Shown: positions 36,709-46,086 of the stretch, in pieces
Position numbering within the stretch: the stretch's first letter is position 1
How the letters are laid out: each line of letters begins with the position of its first letter
Assembly (NCBI GenBank): GCA_001791995.1
Contig: MGFR01000001.1
Span: 78,880 to 142,879 of the forward strand
Direction: 5' to 3'
Length of the DNA: 64,000 nt
Source of the DNA: Candidatus Woesebacteria bacterium RBG_13_46_13
Lineage (GTDB): Bacteria; Patescibacteriota; Microgenomatia; UBA8517
The notes under the pieces: model-generated
The model's input: only the letters and a program-made list of their open reading frames with translations
The model's database searches: none
Told to the model about the DNA's origin: nothing
Translations under genes and position numbers: made by a program

Positions 36709-38916
36709 ATGAGGTTAAAATTTCTGCTGCATAAACTTCTGACGATACCGCTCCCGTCTGCGTTTGTCCTGACTATAGCTCTGGTTATCCATTCTTTGCT
36801 CTCTACCCCCCTTGCCGACGCCCAGGTGCCTTCTCCTTACGTGTCCTGTGAAGATACAGATAGTCCGGAGTTTCATTCTTTGCGGCCATATCAAAAAAGC
36901 CCCTGTAACCAAGAGGTTACGGAGACTGCAACTTTCTGCGGCAACCGGCTGGTTCTCTCCGATAAAGTTACCGCTATCCAAACCACCCCACCCAGGCTTG
37001 CCAATAACTGTACAGCCATAGGCGGAGGCAGATACCGCTGTACTTATACAGTTTCCGGTAAAACCGCCAACTACGAAATAGACCTGGCCAACGCCCACTT
37101 CCCCATTCTCGGCAACACCGAAGACGTGGCCAACAGCCAGCAATCAACGGACATGAACGACGCAGACAAAATGAACGAGTATGTCAGCTGGTATTTAAAC
37201 GGGGCAACCGGGAGGGCCGAATCCTCCCCGCTTTCCCAAGATGAGGAAGATATCAGAAAACTGGTTGACTTTTCCGGACCCATCAAAAAACTTCTACCCT
37301 TCGACATCCAGAACAATCTACGGGCCAATACCGTCAAAAAGGCCGTTGCAACCAAGGAGGGAGATGGAGATCTACGCCACGACCAGGTTGTCGGCTGTAC
37401 CTATGGGGTCAGAATTTTAGGTAAGGTGATTGGAGGAATTCCAGGCGCTTGTTATGAGACCGGATTAAGAGGCGTGCTTCCCCATATTGAGCACCGGCTC
37501 TCGGAATGGAACAGCCATCTTCCTCCCAAGTCTTCCGACTTTGACAATTTTCAGGACTACTGGAAAAAATATCGGGAGTGGCAAGGAAAGATTTGTTTTG
37601 AGATAGAAATTCCTTTTATGGACAACAAAAAAGTTCTGCTTTGCGGAGAAAATCCTCTTGCTCCCAACTATTACTCTAATCTTTTCGCCAATATTCCTTT
37701 TTCTTCTACAGAGGACCGGGTCGGCGAGGTGGCGGTCAATTCACAATCGGTGGCTCCCGCCTCCGAAGGACTTGAAATAAGTAACGTCTCTCTGGTCACC
37801 ACCCCGGCTGAGCTTTATTTTTCCCACACCGAAGAAGTGGCGGAGTTGGCCAGTATTCTCCAGCTGACTTTTGCCCCGGCAGGGGCATCCACTACCGGGG
37901 GGGCGACCGGGGTCTCCCCGGGTGAGGCTTGTGACCTTAAAGAGATCAGGACAAACCCTGGAGATAATCTTTTTGCAGAATCGATTACCGGAGATTTAAA
38001 ATATGACGCTTCTTTTAGCTGTGACTTCGACGGGAATGCCAGCTCAAGCGCCTGCGCGAAAGATGTCTCCATTGGGTTAGGGGTTATCACCGAAACTCCC
38101 AAGGCAGATGAGCTTTGGTCCCGGCTTGTAGCTGGACCCGCAGGAATCTTTAAAAGAATTTTCCCGAAGGTGGGAGAGGGAGGAGCCATCTTGGGAATCT
38201 TGGATATGCCCGGAGCAACCGGGGTTACCTATTCCGGAAGCGGTCTGGTCTCGGCCGGAAATCCCCAAGGCCGAGCTGGCGAAAGTGCTGAGCTTTACTT
38301 CCCCCATGTCGGAGGTATCTCCGAATATTTCCTTAAAGGAATCCAGACAATACTTCGACCCAAGGGGTTTGGTGAACAGATTCTTTCCGGGGCGGAGGGA
38401 ACCTTCGGTTCTAGCGGGGAGATTGATTGTAACGAGGATGCCCCCAACGTTTCCCTGCGGGGAACCCTAAACCGCCAGGCCACTTTCCAGCTGGCCCTAA
38501 ACTGGGTTTCGGGACAGTCCGGCAATCACGTAATGGAGTGTTATAACGATGTGGTTAAAAGGTCCAAGTCAGAAGGCTTTAACTCCGCCCTGGCTCTTTT
38601 GATCTGGCTTAATGAGAGCAATGCCAGCAACTACAACCTGTCGGTTGAGGATTTCGGAATTCACAGTTCCTCGGTCAGGGGCTTTAGCGCCCAAATAGAC
38701 CAACTTCTCCAACTCCCCAGTTACTACAGAGGTACGTTTCCGCAGTGTTATGGGCGCGGAATGAGCGATATTGAAGCCTTCTTAAGAATCTTTAAAAGCG
38801 GCAACTGCACCAGTAGTGATGGTGCTAATTATTACAGCAACTTAAGGTCGCGCTGGAGTTGGGTGTCTCCAGGGTGTTCTTTTCCGCGCAGCCCGACGGA
38901 TACGACCTGCCCTTAA
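36709..38916 (+). CDS. large secreted cysteine-containing protein, candidate pilus-associated adhesin or tip protein, hypothetical
   Basis: 735 aa with an N-terminal signal peptide and about 20 Cys, and no further transmembrane segment. It lies between the pilin array and the VirB6-like gene. Confidence 0.6.
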   Translation: MRLKFLLHKLLTIPLPSAFVLTIALVIHSLLSTPLADAQVPSPYVSCEDTDSPEFHSLRPYQKSPCNQEVTETATFCGNRLVLSDKVTAIQTTPPRLANNCTAIGGGRYRCTYTVSGKTANYEIDLANAHFPILGNTEDVANSQQSTDMNDADKMNEYVSWYLNGATGRAESSPLSQDEEDIRKLVDFSGPIKKLLPFDIQNNLRANTVKKAVATKEGDGDLRHDQVVGCTYGVRILGKVIGGIPGACYETGLRGVLPHIEHRLSEWNSHLPPKSSDFDNFQDYWKKYREWQGKICFEIEIPFMDNKKVLLCGENPLAPNYYSNLFANIPFSSTEDRVGEVAVNSQSVAPASEGLEISNVSLVTTPAELYFSHTEEVAELASILQLTFAPAGASTTGGATGVSPGEACDLKEIRTNPGDNLFAESITGDLKYDASFSCDFDGNASSSACAKDVSIGLGVITETPKADELWSRLVAGPAGIFKRIFPKVGEGGAILGILDMPGATGVTYSGSGLVSAGNPQGRAGESAELYFPHVGGISEYFLKGIQTILRPKGFGEQILSGAEGTFGSSGEIDCNEDAPNVSLRGTLNRQATFQLALNWVSGQSGNHVMECYNDVVKRSKSEGFNSALALLIWLNESNASNYNLSVEDFGIHSSSVRGFSAQIDQLLQLPSYYRGTFPQCYGRGMSDIEAFLRIFKSGNCTSSDGANYYSNLRSRWSWVSPGCSFPRSPTDTTCP

Positions 38917-38961
38917 TTAGCGTTGTCGGGGCTAACCCCCTGTTGTATGATTAAAAGAAAC

Positions 38962-40482
38962 ATGCTTAAGAAAATACTGCTGTCCTTTCTGGCGTTGTTG
39001 GTCTTATCTTTGTCTTTCGCCCCAACTGCCCACGCCCAACTTAGCGAGGGAAAATGGTACAACCAATCGTTTGGTGAATGGATGGCCAAGGTAAATGATT
39101 CCCCGGAAAACGAAATTTTTGGCGAAAGGTATTCAGCCGCACAGGTCCAATGGGTCATTTATGGACTTTTCTATTTTGTTATCAACTCGGCGACCAACGG
39201 AAACGCATCTGCGCTGTCTTGCTTGATGACTTCAACCGACCTAGACGCCTGTCGGGACGCTATTGAGAATTTGAGAAATTCTTTTCCCGGCACAAGCTCG
39301 GAAACCGGTGGGGATATATCTGGCAATCAACTATTAAAGACAATCTCTGCAAGCCCGATCTCTTTGTCTGCATATCTGAAAGATGTTGGGGGAAGACTTC
39401 ATCTCATCCCAAAGGTTGAGGCGCAAGGTTTCGGCTTCGGAGCGGCCAACCCCGCCCTCACTTTATGGAAAATTTCAAGGAATCTCGCTTACGCTTTCTT
39501 GATTATTGTAATTACGGTTATGGCTTTTATGATAATGTTTCGGGTAAAAATTTCACCCCAAACCGTAATTAGCGTTCAATCCGCTCTTCCCAAAATTGTT
39601 GCGGCCTTGATACTCATCACTTTTTCGTATGCAATTGCGGGGCTTCTGGTTGATCTTATGTATGTGGCCATAGGGCTACTTTCTGCCTTTTTGGTTAATG
39701 GCAGTTCGCCAAGTATTAGTAGTTTTACGTGGAGCCAGATGTTTAATTCTTTAACTGTGGGCAGAAATGTTTTTGACCTATTTATGGCATACTGGTTCCA
39801 GTTTTTTGCTGCAGCCTTTATAAATATCTTTAGCGCGGCGGGGCTTGTCTCCTTTTTTGTTCTTATTTTTACAATCCTGGCTTTTTTCCTACTCCTTTGG
39901 TATTCAGCAAAGGTGATTATTCTACTTCTTAAAACTTATATTCAGATTATGCTACTTATTATTGTCGGGCCGATTCTCATACTTTTAGGGACAATTTCCC
40001 AGGGTGTAGGTTTCGGCTCATGGTTAAGAAGTATGGCCGCCAATTTAGCGGTTTATCCGCTTGTGGGGTTAATGTTTACCCTCGCGCTTCTTTTTGTCCG
40101 AGCAGGACTTCCAGATTGGTGGCCGGTATGGTTGACGCCCCTTGATATAAACACTGGCTTTTTTCAAGGGCCACCGTGGGACCCCCCTCTGACGTTTGGT
40201 ACTGGGGGTGCGTCAAGCAGTCATCTCCTGTGGGTATTGGTTAGCTATGGGATTATTGTTCTTATACCGAAGGTCTCCGATATCGTCCAAGGCTTCATTT
40301 CAGGCAAGCCATTCCCGCTAGGCACGGCGATCGGAGAATCGTTGGGTGGCCCAGTCAAGCCGGTTGCCGGTTATGGGGCTGGGTACTTCGCTGAAAAAGC
40401 CACGGTTTCTACGTCAGGCAAGGGAGGCGTATATAAAGCTATTTCAACCACGCTTGAAAGATTAGCCAGGGGCGGAAGATAA
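38962..40482 (+). CDS. VirB6/TrbL-like polytopic membrane protein
   Basis: Start at the internal ATG 38962 (MLKKILLSF...). There is a signal peptide, a roughly 150 aa extracytoplasmic domain, then 6 to 8 transmembrane helices, as in VirB6/TrbL. Confidence 0.65.
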   Translation: MLKKILLSFLALLVLSLSFAPTAHAQLSEGKWYNQSFGEWMAKVNDSPENEIFGERYSAAQVQWVIYGLFYFVINSATNGNASALSCLMTSTDLDACRDAIENLRNSFPGTSSETGGDISGNQLLKTISASPISLSAYLKDVGGRLHLIPKVEAQGFGFGAANPALTLWKISRNLAYAFLIIVITVMAFMIMFRVKISPQTVISVQSALPKIVAALILITFSYAIAGLLVDLMYVAIGLLSAFLVNGSSPSISSFTWSQMFNSLTVGRNVFDLFMAYWFQFFAAAFINIFSAAGLVSFFVLIFTILAFFLLLWYSAKVIILLLKTYIQIMLLIIVGPILILLGTISQGVGFGSWLRSMAANLAVYPLVGLMFTLALLFVRAGLPDWWPVWLTPLDINTGFFQGPPWDPPLTFGTGGASSSHLLWVLVSYGIIVLIPKVSDIVQGFISGKPFPLGTAIGESLGGPVKPVAGYGAGYFAEKATVSTSGKGGVYKAISTTLERLARGGR

Positions 40483-40649
40483 AATATGCAAGAAAAGGAA
40501 TCGCCGATTAGGGCGGCAAGAAATATAACAGGGGGGGTATCAAGCTATTTTAAAGAAAGAGCCAAAACCGCGGGAACAGAAGCCAATCCAAAAAAGACAT
40601 TTGTTTACAAAACCCTAGGCTGGTTGTTGGGTGGAAGCTCGAAGAAGGA

Positions 40650-42452
40650 TTAGTCTTGCCAATAGCCGGAGTCTTTCGCTACCTCATTTAAAGAATCCCA
40701 CTTCGCCTTGCCCAAGTTGCTGTGCCAAGCCTTGATTGAGTCGAGAATTATTTGTTTCCACTTCCTTCTTTCCGCATCAACCGCTTCCTTAATTTCTCTC
40801 TTGTAGGCTTCTGCTCTGGCTTCGTCGTCCGTATATCTGCGCCTCTTGCCGTCTTCGCCGGTTGCCTGCTCGGTTGACATTATTTCTTTTGCCCTTTTTT
40901 CAAGAGCGCCCGCCCTGGCCTTTCTCCAACGCTCCGGCTGGCCACTTGTTATTAACGAATCACCCACAACGATATGGATCCACCTTCTTACTTCCTTCCA
41001 ATAAAAAGGCTCGAGAAGCCCTTCGACTTTTCTTCCTCTCCAATCATCTCCCCGCATAACTAAAGCTATTCCGGCAGGGCCCGTTTCTCCCGCCTTTCTT
41101 AAAAGCAGAAATGCTCTTAAAAGGTATCCCCTCATTGCCAGCTCGGGAAGTCTGTCCCAAGAAATATCCCCAATATTTTTCCCATCGACCCAAAGTTCTT
41201 CCCACAGGCTTTTTGCAAGAAGCTTGTTGTCCGGAGTGTTGATCGCTGGTATCGTGTTAAACCTTAAGAAGGGGACATGCATACGAACAGGCAGCCCTGC
41301 TAAAATCTTGCCGAACTCCCGATTGCTCTTGGACCGCGGTCCAGCAAAATAGCCGCTTTTTGCCCTGTCTAGGGCCCACACCTGAGGATTGAATATTTCT
41401 GCAAAAGCATCTGACACGGGATAGCCTTCCAGCGTAAACTCGTAGCTCCCTTTTTTCTCTTCAACTTCAGAGCCGTAGTATGCCGCCTGTCCCAGGATGA
41501 AAGATGATATATAGCCTAATTTTTCCGCGATCTCGGCCTGTTTTGCAGCAACCAAATCTTTCGGGTCTTCAGACCTCGAAATAAGCCCTTGGATGGCTTT
41601 CTTTATAATGTCTCTCCTTTCAGGCCTGAGTTTCGAGGCAAATCTATTGATAAAAACCCTCCTTTGGGAAAGAGCGTCCTTTTGTTCTGGTATCAATTCA
41701 TCAAATGTCTTCCCCTCAAGCCCAAGGTCTTTCGCCCAGAGTGCAAGGGTTAAATCGTTAATCCATTGTTCTGCCTTTTCCTTTGATCCAAATAGGGCCA
41801 GAAAACCAGCGGTTCCCTCGATATAATATACCTCATCCTTTAATCGAGGGTCCGCCTTTAGCGCGATGTATTCATAGGCCTTTATTGCATCCCCTATCTG
41901 AGTACCCAACTGTGGCCAATCCTTCTCTGTCTTAAATCCGGGCAATGAAAATATCGTGCGCATCATGTCTGGGGTCACTTCCACGGTAAGCGGACTGATT
42001 GCCGTATTCGCAAGGTATTCTCCGCTACCACGAGAGCGCATATAGTTACCACCGAATTCCATATAAAATTTAAGAATGGCCTTCGTTTCTCTTTCGGCCT
42101 CTCTATAAGCTTCAAGCATGGCGGTATCCGCAGATTTTAGTGGTCTTTGTTCAAAGGCGGCAATGGAGGGCTCCGACTGTTCTTCGAGTTCTGTTACCTT
42201 GGAATGGATTCTGTCTTTTAAAATCCTGGCAGTCCAATCGTCTCCCTCGTCTAAAACATTTTCAAGGAGTCTCCACATCCGCCAGCGCACAACTTCGGGC
42301 CTTTCGGCAGAGGTCAGTTTTTCAACCAGCCCTGGCGACCATTCTCCTTTAGGAACCGTTGGCCCCCCACCCGTCCCGCCTTCCGGACCAGGAGCTGAAG
42401 GCCCACCTCCGGCCCCTTCGGCGGCAGAATAGACTTTTGGTCCTGTTTCCAT
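40650..42452 (-). CDS. hypothetical cytoplasmic protein (600 aa) encoded antisense within the T4SS-like locus
   Basis: Long clean ORF with a Gly/Pro-rich N-terminus (GAGGGPSAPGPEGGTGGGP) and no transmembrane helix. I recognise no domain. Confidence 0.6.
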   Translation of the reverse strand: METGPKVYSAAEGAGGGPSAPGPEGGTGGGPTVPKGEWSPGLVEKLTSAERPEVVRWRMWRLLENVLDEGDDWTARILKDRIHSKVTELEEQSEPSIAAFEQRPLKSADTAMLEAYREAERETKAILKFYMEFGGNYMRSRGSGEYLANTAISPLTVEVTPDMMRTIFSLPGFKTEKDWPQLGTQIGDAIKAYEYIALKADPRLKDEVYYIEGTAGFLALFGSKEKAEQWINDLTLALWAKDLGLEGKTFDELIPEQKDALSQRRVFINRFASKLRPERRDIIKKAIQGLISRSEDPKDLVAAKQAEIAEKLGYISSFILGQAAYYGSEVEEKKGSYEFTLEGYPVSDAFAEIFNPQVWALDRAKSGYFAGPRSKSNREFGKILAGLPVRMHVPFLRFNTIPAINTPDNKLLAKSLWEELWVDGKNIGDISWDRLPELAMRGYLLRAFLLLRKAGETGPAGIALVMRGDDWRGRKVEGLLEPFYWKEVRRWIHIVVGDSLITSGQPERWRKARAGALEKRAKEIMSTEQATGEDGKRRRYTDDEARAEAYKREIKEAVDAERRKWKQIILDSIKAWHSNLGKAKWDSLNEVAKDSGYWQD

Positions 42453-42572
42453 ATTGATATTTTAGCACCTGCTCCTTTCTTCTTACAATCAGCTGTGAAA
42501 AAGGCTACTTCTTGCATAGAAGTGTTCACGCTGTAACCTAGATTTAGAGTATCAAAATAGCTCTCTGTTTTT

Positions 42573-43622
42573 ATGGAACAACAACACGCTATCCCGCAAC
42601 AGATCTCCTCATACCAATTCCGTTTGGTGGGAGACATGACCCTCAAACAATTTTTTCAACTGGCCGGCGGTGCTTTGGTCAGCCTTCTTTTTTACGCATC
42701 CCCATTGCCTGCTCTTATTAAGTGGCCCTTTATCATTTTCTTTGCTCTTCTGGGTGTTGCTTTGGCCTTTCTCCCTTTTGAGGAGAGGCCCCTGGAAAAG
42801 TGGATTGTGGCCTTCTTTCGCTCGGTCTATTCGCCCACTCTCTTTTACTGGCGGAAAGCCCAGGTGCCCGCTGTCTTCTTTCAGGAAGAGGCCGCACCAA
42901 CCGGCCTGGCCCCAGCTCCGCAAAAACCCGCAGGCGGATTTATCTCCATCACCGCCCCCGCAGGAACCGTCTTTTCCAAGCTGGAAGAAGCTGAAAAATC
43001 GTTTTTATCCTCCATCGGCCAGCTTTTTGGCGCAACGGCTCCCTCCGGACCCATCGCAAGCCAAGTTTCCGCACCTCTCCCGGGTGATACAGCCAAAAAA
43101 GAGGACATACAGGTACCCTACAACGCCCCTGTGCAATATCAAGCCGGTCTTGCTCCCAAAGTGGTTGTTGAGGAAAAGCCTGCCCCTGAAGCCGCTCCGA
43201 CAGAGCTTAAAACGACCTCCGTTGCCCCGGCCGTAATGACACAGCGTGTTTACGGCCAAAGGGCCCAGTACTCCATCGAGGCAGCTCCTCCTAATCCCCC
43301 AACCGTTCCCAATACCATCGTGGGGCAAATATTCGACACCCAAGGGAAAATAATCAACGGAGCCATACTTGAAATAAGGGATGCTGCGGGAAGGCCAGTT
43401 AGAGCCTTAAAAAGCAACATGCTGGGCCACTTTTTAATTGTTACTCCTCTGCAAAACGGCAATTACGACATTATCATCGAAAAGGAAGGTCTTAACTTTG
43501 AACCCATCACCTTCGAAGCAAAAGGGGAAATTGTCCCCCCCATGGCCATTAGGGCCAAGGGTGCCCAAAAAATCCTGGCAACCGAAGAGGTCATCTCTAG
43601 CAATCAGATTGCCCAAACATGA
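42573..43622 (+). CDS. VirB3/PrgI-like membrane protein with a C-terminal carboxypeptidase-regulatory-like beta domain
   Basis: The N-terminus (YQFRLVGDMTLKQFFQLAGGALVSLLFY...WPFIIFFALLGVALAF) has the VirB3/PrgI topology, and the gene sits immediately upstream of VirB4. Next comes a Pro/Ala-rich linker, then a beta-sandwich-like C-terminus. Confidence 0.5.
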   Translation: MEQQHAIPQQISSYQFRLVGDMTLKQFFQLAGGALVSLLFYASPLPALIKWPFIIFFALLGVALAFLPFEERPLEKWIVAFFRSVYSPTLFYWRKAQVPAVFFQEEAAPTGLAPAPQKPAGGFISITAPAGTVFSKLEEAEKSFLSSIGQLFGATAPSGPIASQVSAPLPGDTAKKEDIQVPYNAPVQYQAGLAPKVVVEEKPAPEAAPTELKTTSVAPAVMTQRVYGQRAQYSIEAAPPNPPTVPNTIVGQIFDTQGKIINGAILEIRDAAGRPVRALKSNMLGHFLIVTPLQNGNYDIIIEKEGLNFEPITFEAKGEIVPPMAIRAKGAQKILATEEVISSNQIAQT

Positions 43623-44290
43623 AGATACCCTACATATCAGTTCCCGATACCGCCCTGGTCTCTACCACCCAGGCCCACTTACCCGTCGCCGATATCGTCG
43701 ACGATCTGGTTTTGTATAAAGACGGCGGAGCAGCTCTGGTCATGGAGTCGACCTCTTTGAATTTCGGCCTGCTTTCCGAAAAAGAGCAACAGGCGGTGAT
43801 TGCTGCCTATGCTGCCCTGATAAACTCCCTTTCTTTTTCCTTGCAAATCGTCATCAGGACCCAGAGAAAAGATATCTCAAGCTATATGAATTATCTTGAG
43901 GCCATCTCACAAAAAATTACCAATACAAAACTTGCCTTTCTCATGCAAAGCTACAAAAAATTTATTCTGGATTCGATTAAAAAGAAGAACGTGCTGGGCA
44001 AGAAGTTCTATTTAATTATCCCTTTTAGCCCCCTGGAGCTGGGTGTTACCAAATCGCTTTTAACCACGGCCAAAAGAAAAGGGCCTCTGCCTTTTCCAGA
44101 ATCATATGTCTTAAAAAAGGCTAAGGTTGTACTCTATCCCAGGCGGGACCACCTGGTGAGACAGGCCGGAAGGCTGGGGCTTAAACTCAAGCAGCTGACC
44201 AATCTGGGCCTAATGGACCTTTTTTATGACGTTTATAATACCGAAGCGCCCGCAATCAAGAAGGAGGAGGTCTCAAGCGCCATAAAATGA
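43619..44290 (+). CDS. VirB4/TrbE/CagE-family ATPase, N-terminal fragment (split gene)
   Basis: 223 aa resembling the VirB4 N-terminal domain (DIVDDLVLYKDGGAALVMESTSLNFGLLSEKEQ). Its stop overlaps the ATG of the next ORF (ATGA). Confidence 0.65.
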   Translation: MKIPYISVPDTALVSTTQAHLPVADIVDDLVLYKDGGAALVMESTSLNFGLLSEKEQQAVIAAYAALINSLSFSLQIVIRTQRKDISSYMNYLEAISQKITNTKLAFLMQSYKKFILDSIKKKNVLGKKFYLIIPFSPLELGVTKSLLTTAKRKGPLPFPESYVLKKAKVVLYPRRDHLVRQAGRLGLKLKQLTNLGLMDLFYDVYNTEAPAIKKEEVSSAIK

Positions 44291-46086
44291 ACCCGCCAAC
44301 ATCCACCCCAACCACAGTTCCCACCGCTCCCGCCCAAGGAGCAAAACCCAACCTTCCCAAGACCGCCTTCTTTGCTCCCGGTCAAGGGTTTGGAATTCAG
44401 GACATTATCGCCCCCCAATCCCTTGAGACCGAATTTGATTACGTAAAAATCAACAACGTTTATTTCAGGACCCTGTTTGTAGCAGGATATCCCCGTTTTG
44501 TCTCCCCAGGCTGGCTCGAGCCGATAATTAACTTTGACAGCTCTCTGGATATTTCCTTCTATCTTTATCCGGTCGAGGGCAAAACGGTTCTTGATGATTT
44601 AAGAAGGAAGATTGCCGAGATGGAGGCCGAAATCGCCACCGACCTTGAGAGAGGGAAGATTGTCGATCCTTCTACCCAGGCAAAGCTTGAGGACGCAAGG
44701 AACTTGCAGGAACAATTGGTAAAAGGGGCCGAGCGTTTTTTCCAATTTTCTTTTTATATCACCATCCCCGCCTTGACGCTCGAGGAATTAAACCAGTTAA
44801 CCCGACAGGTCGAGTCAACACTTGGCTCAATTCTGGTCGTTGCCAAACACGCAACCCTGGATATGGAAAACGGCTTTATTTCCAGCGCCCCTTTCGGAAT
44901 CGACCGGCTCTCAATCACCAGAAACATGGATACCACGTCTTTGGCAACCACCTTTCCCTTAACCTCCGCTGAGCTCTCCTCGGACACCGGAGTTCTTTAC
45001 GGAACCAACTCCGAAAATGAATCTTTCATTATCTTTGACCGCTTCTCTTTGGAAAACGCCAACATGACTATTTTTGCAACTTCTGGGGCTGGGAAAAGTT
45101 ATTTTGTGAAGCTTGAAGCGTTAAGGTCGTTAATGATCGGGACCGAGGTTATAGTTATCGACCCCGAATCCGAATACAAAGCCCTGGCCGACGCGGCCGG
45201 GGGTGAATTTATCTCATTCTCCTTTTCCTCTCCTTCGAAGATAAATCCTTTTGACCTGTCGCAAATTTATGAGGCGGGCGAAAACCAGCTGGGCTTAAAA
45301 ATTCTTTCCCTGCACTCGCTCTTCAAGGTGATTATGGGTTCAATCACCCCGTCCCAGGAGGCTCTCTTGGATAGAGCTTTGGTCTCAACTTATCGGGCAA
45401 AGGGAATAACCCAGGATCCGGCAACCCAAAAGAAAGAGCCGCCCTTGATGGAGGATTTATATAAAACCTTAATCGGCATGGAGACCGCCGAGGCCATGGA
45501 CTTGGCTGCAAGAATCGAAAAGTTCGTTCGCGGCTCGTTTGTCGGCATCTTTGATAAACAAACCAACGTCAACATCAAAAATCCGTTTACTGTATTCTCG
45601 GTAAAGGATCTACAGGATGCCCTACGTCCCATCGCCATGTTTATCATCCTCGACTTTATCTGGACCAAGGTGAAAAAGGACCTGAAAAAAAGGCTGTTGG
45701 TGGTAGATGAGGCCTGGCACATGATGCGGTATCCCGATTCCGCCCAGTTTCTTTGGTCGGTAGTCAAGCGTGCCAGAAAATACTATCTGGGCCTAACCAC
45801 CATCACCCAGGACGTCGAGGACTTTCTGGGCCAGGATATCGGCAAGGCGATATTGACCAACTCCTCCATGCAGCTGTTGCTCAAACAATCCCCTGCAGCC
45901 ATCGATAAAATCGCCGAGGTCTTTTATCTCTCCCAAGGAGAAAAACAGCTTCTCCTGGCTGCCAACGTTGGTGAAGGAATCTTCTTCGCCGGGCCCCACC
46001 ATGCCCCCATTCGAGTGGTCGCCTCGGAAGATGAGCATAAACTAATTACCACTAAGCCGTTGGAAAGAATGGTTCCGAATATTTAG
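44287..46086 (+). CDS. VirB4/TrbE/TraE-family T4SS ATPase, main part with Walker A/B motifs
   Basis: 599 aa with Walker A TSGAGKSYF, Walker B LLVVDEAWHM, and a C-terminal part typical of VirB4 (AAA_10). Confidence 0.82.
   Translation: MNPPTSTPTTVPTAPAQGAKPNLPKTAFFAPGQGFGIQDIIAPQSLETEFDYVKINNVYFRTLFVAGYPRFVSPGWLEPIINFDSSLDISFYLYPVEGKTVLDDLRRKIAEMEAEIATDLERGKIVDPSTQAKLEDARNLQEQLVKGAERFFQFSFYITIPALTLEELNQLTRQVESTLGSILVVAKHATLDMENGFISSAPFGIDRLSITRNMDTTSLATTFPLTSAELSSDTGVLYGTNSENESFIIFDRFSLENANMTIFATSGAGKSYFVKLEALRSLMIGTEVIVIDPESEYKALADAAGGEFISFSFSSPSKINPFDLSQIYEAGENQLGLKILSLHSLFKVIMGSITPSQEALLDRALVSTYRAKGITQDPATQKKEPPLMEDLYKTLIGMETAEAMDLAARIEKFVRGSFVGIFDKQTNVNIKNPFTVFSVKDLQDALRPIAMFIILDFIWTKVKKDLKKRLLVVDEAWHMMRYPDSAQFLWSVVKRARKYYLGLTTITQDVEDFLGQDIGKAILTNSSMQLLLKQSPAAIDKIAEVFYLSQGEKQLLLAANVGEGIFFAGPHHAPIRVVASEDEHKLITTKPLERMVPNI

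Noticed and set aside
42670-43236. 188 aa Pro/Ser/Leu-rich ORF overlapping the VirB3-like gene in another frame
   Set aside because: It is a same-strand alternate-frame artifact of a Pro/Ala-rich coding region. The in-frame product of 42573-43622 has credible transmembrane and beta-domain features.
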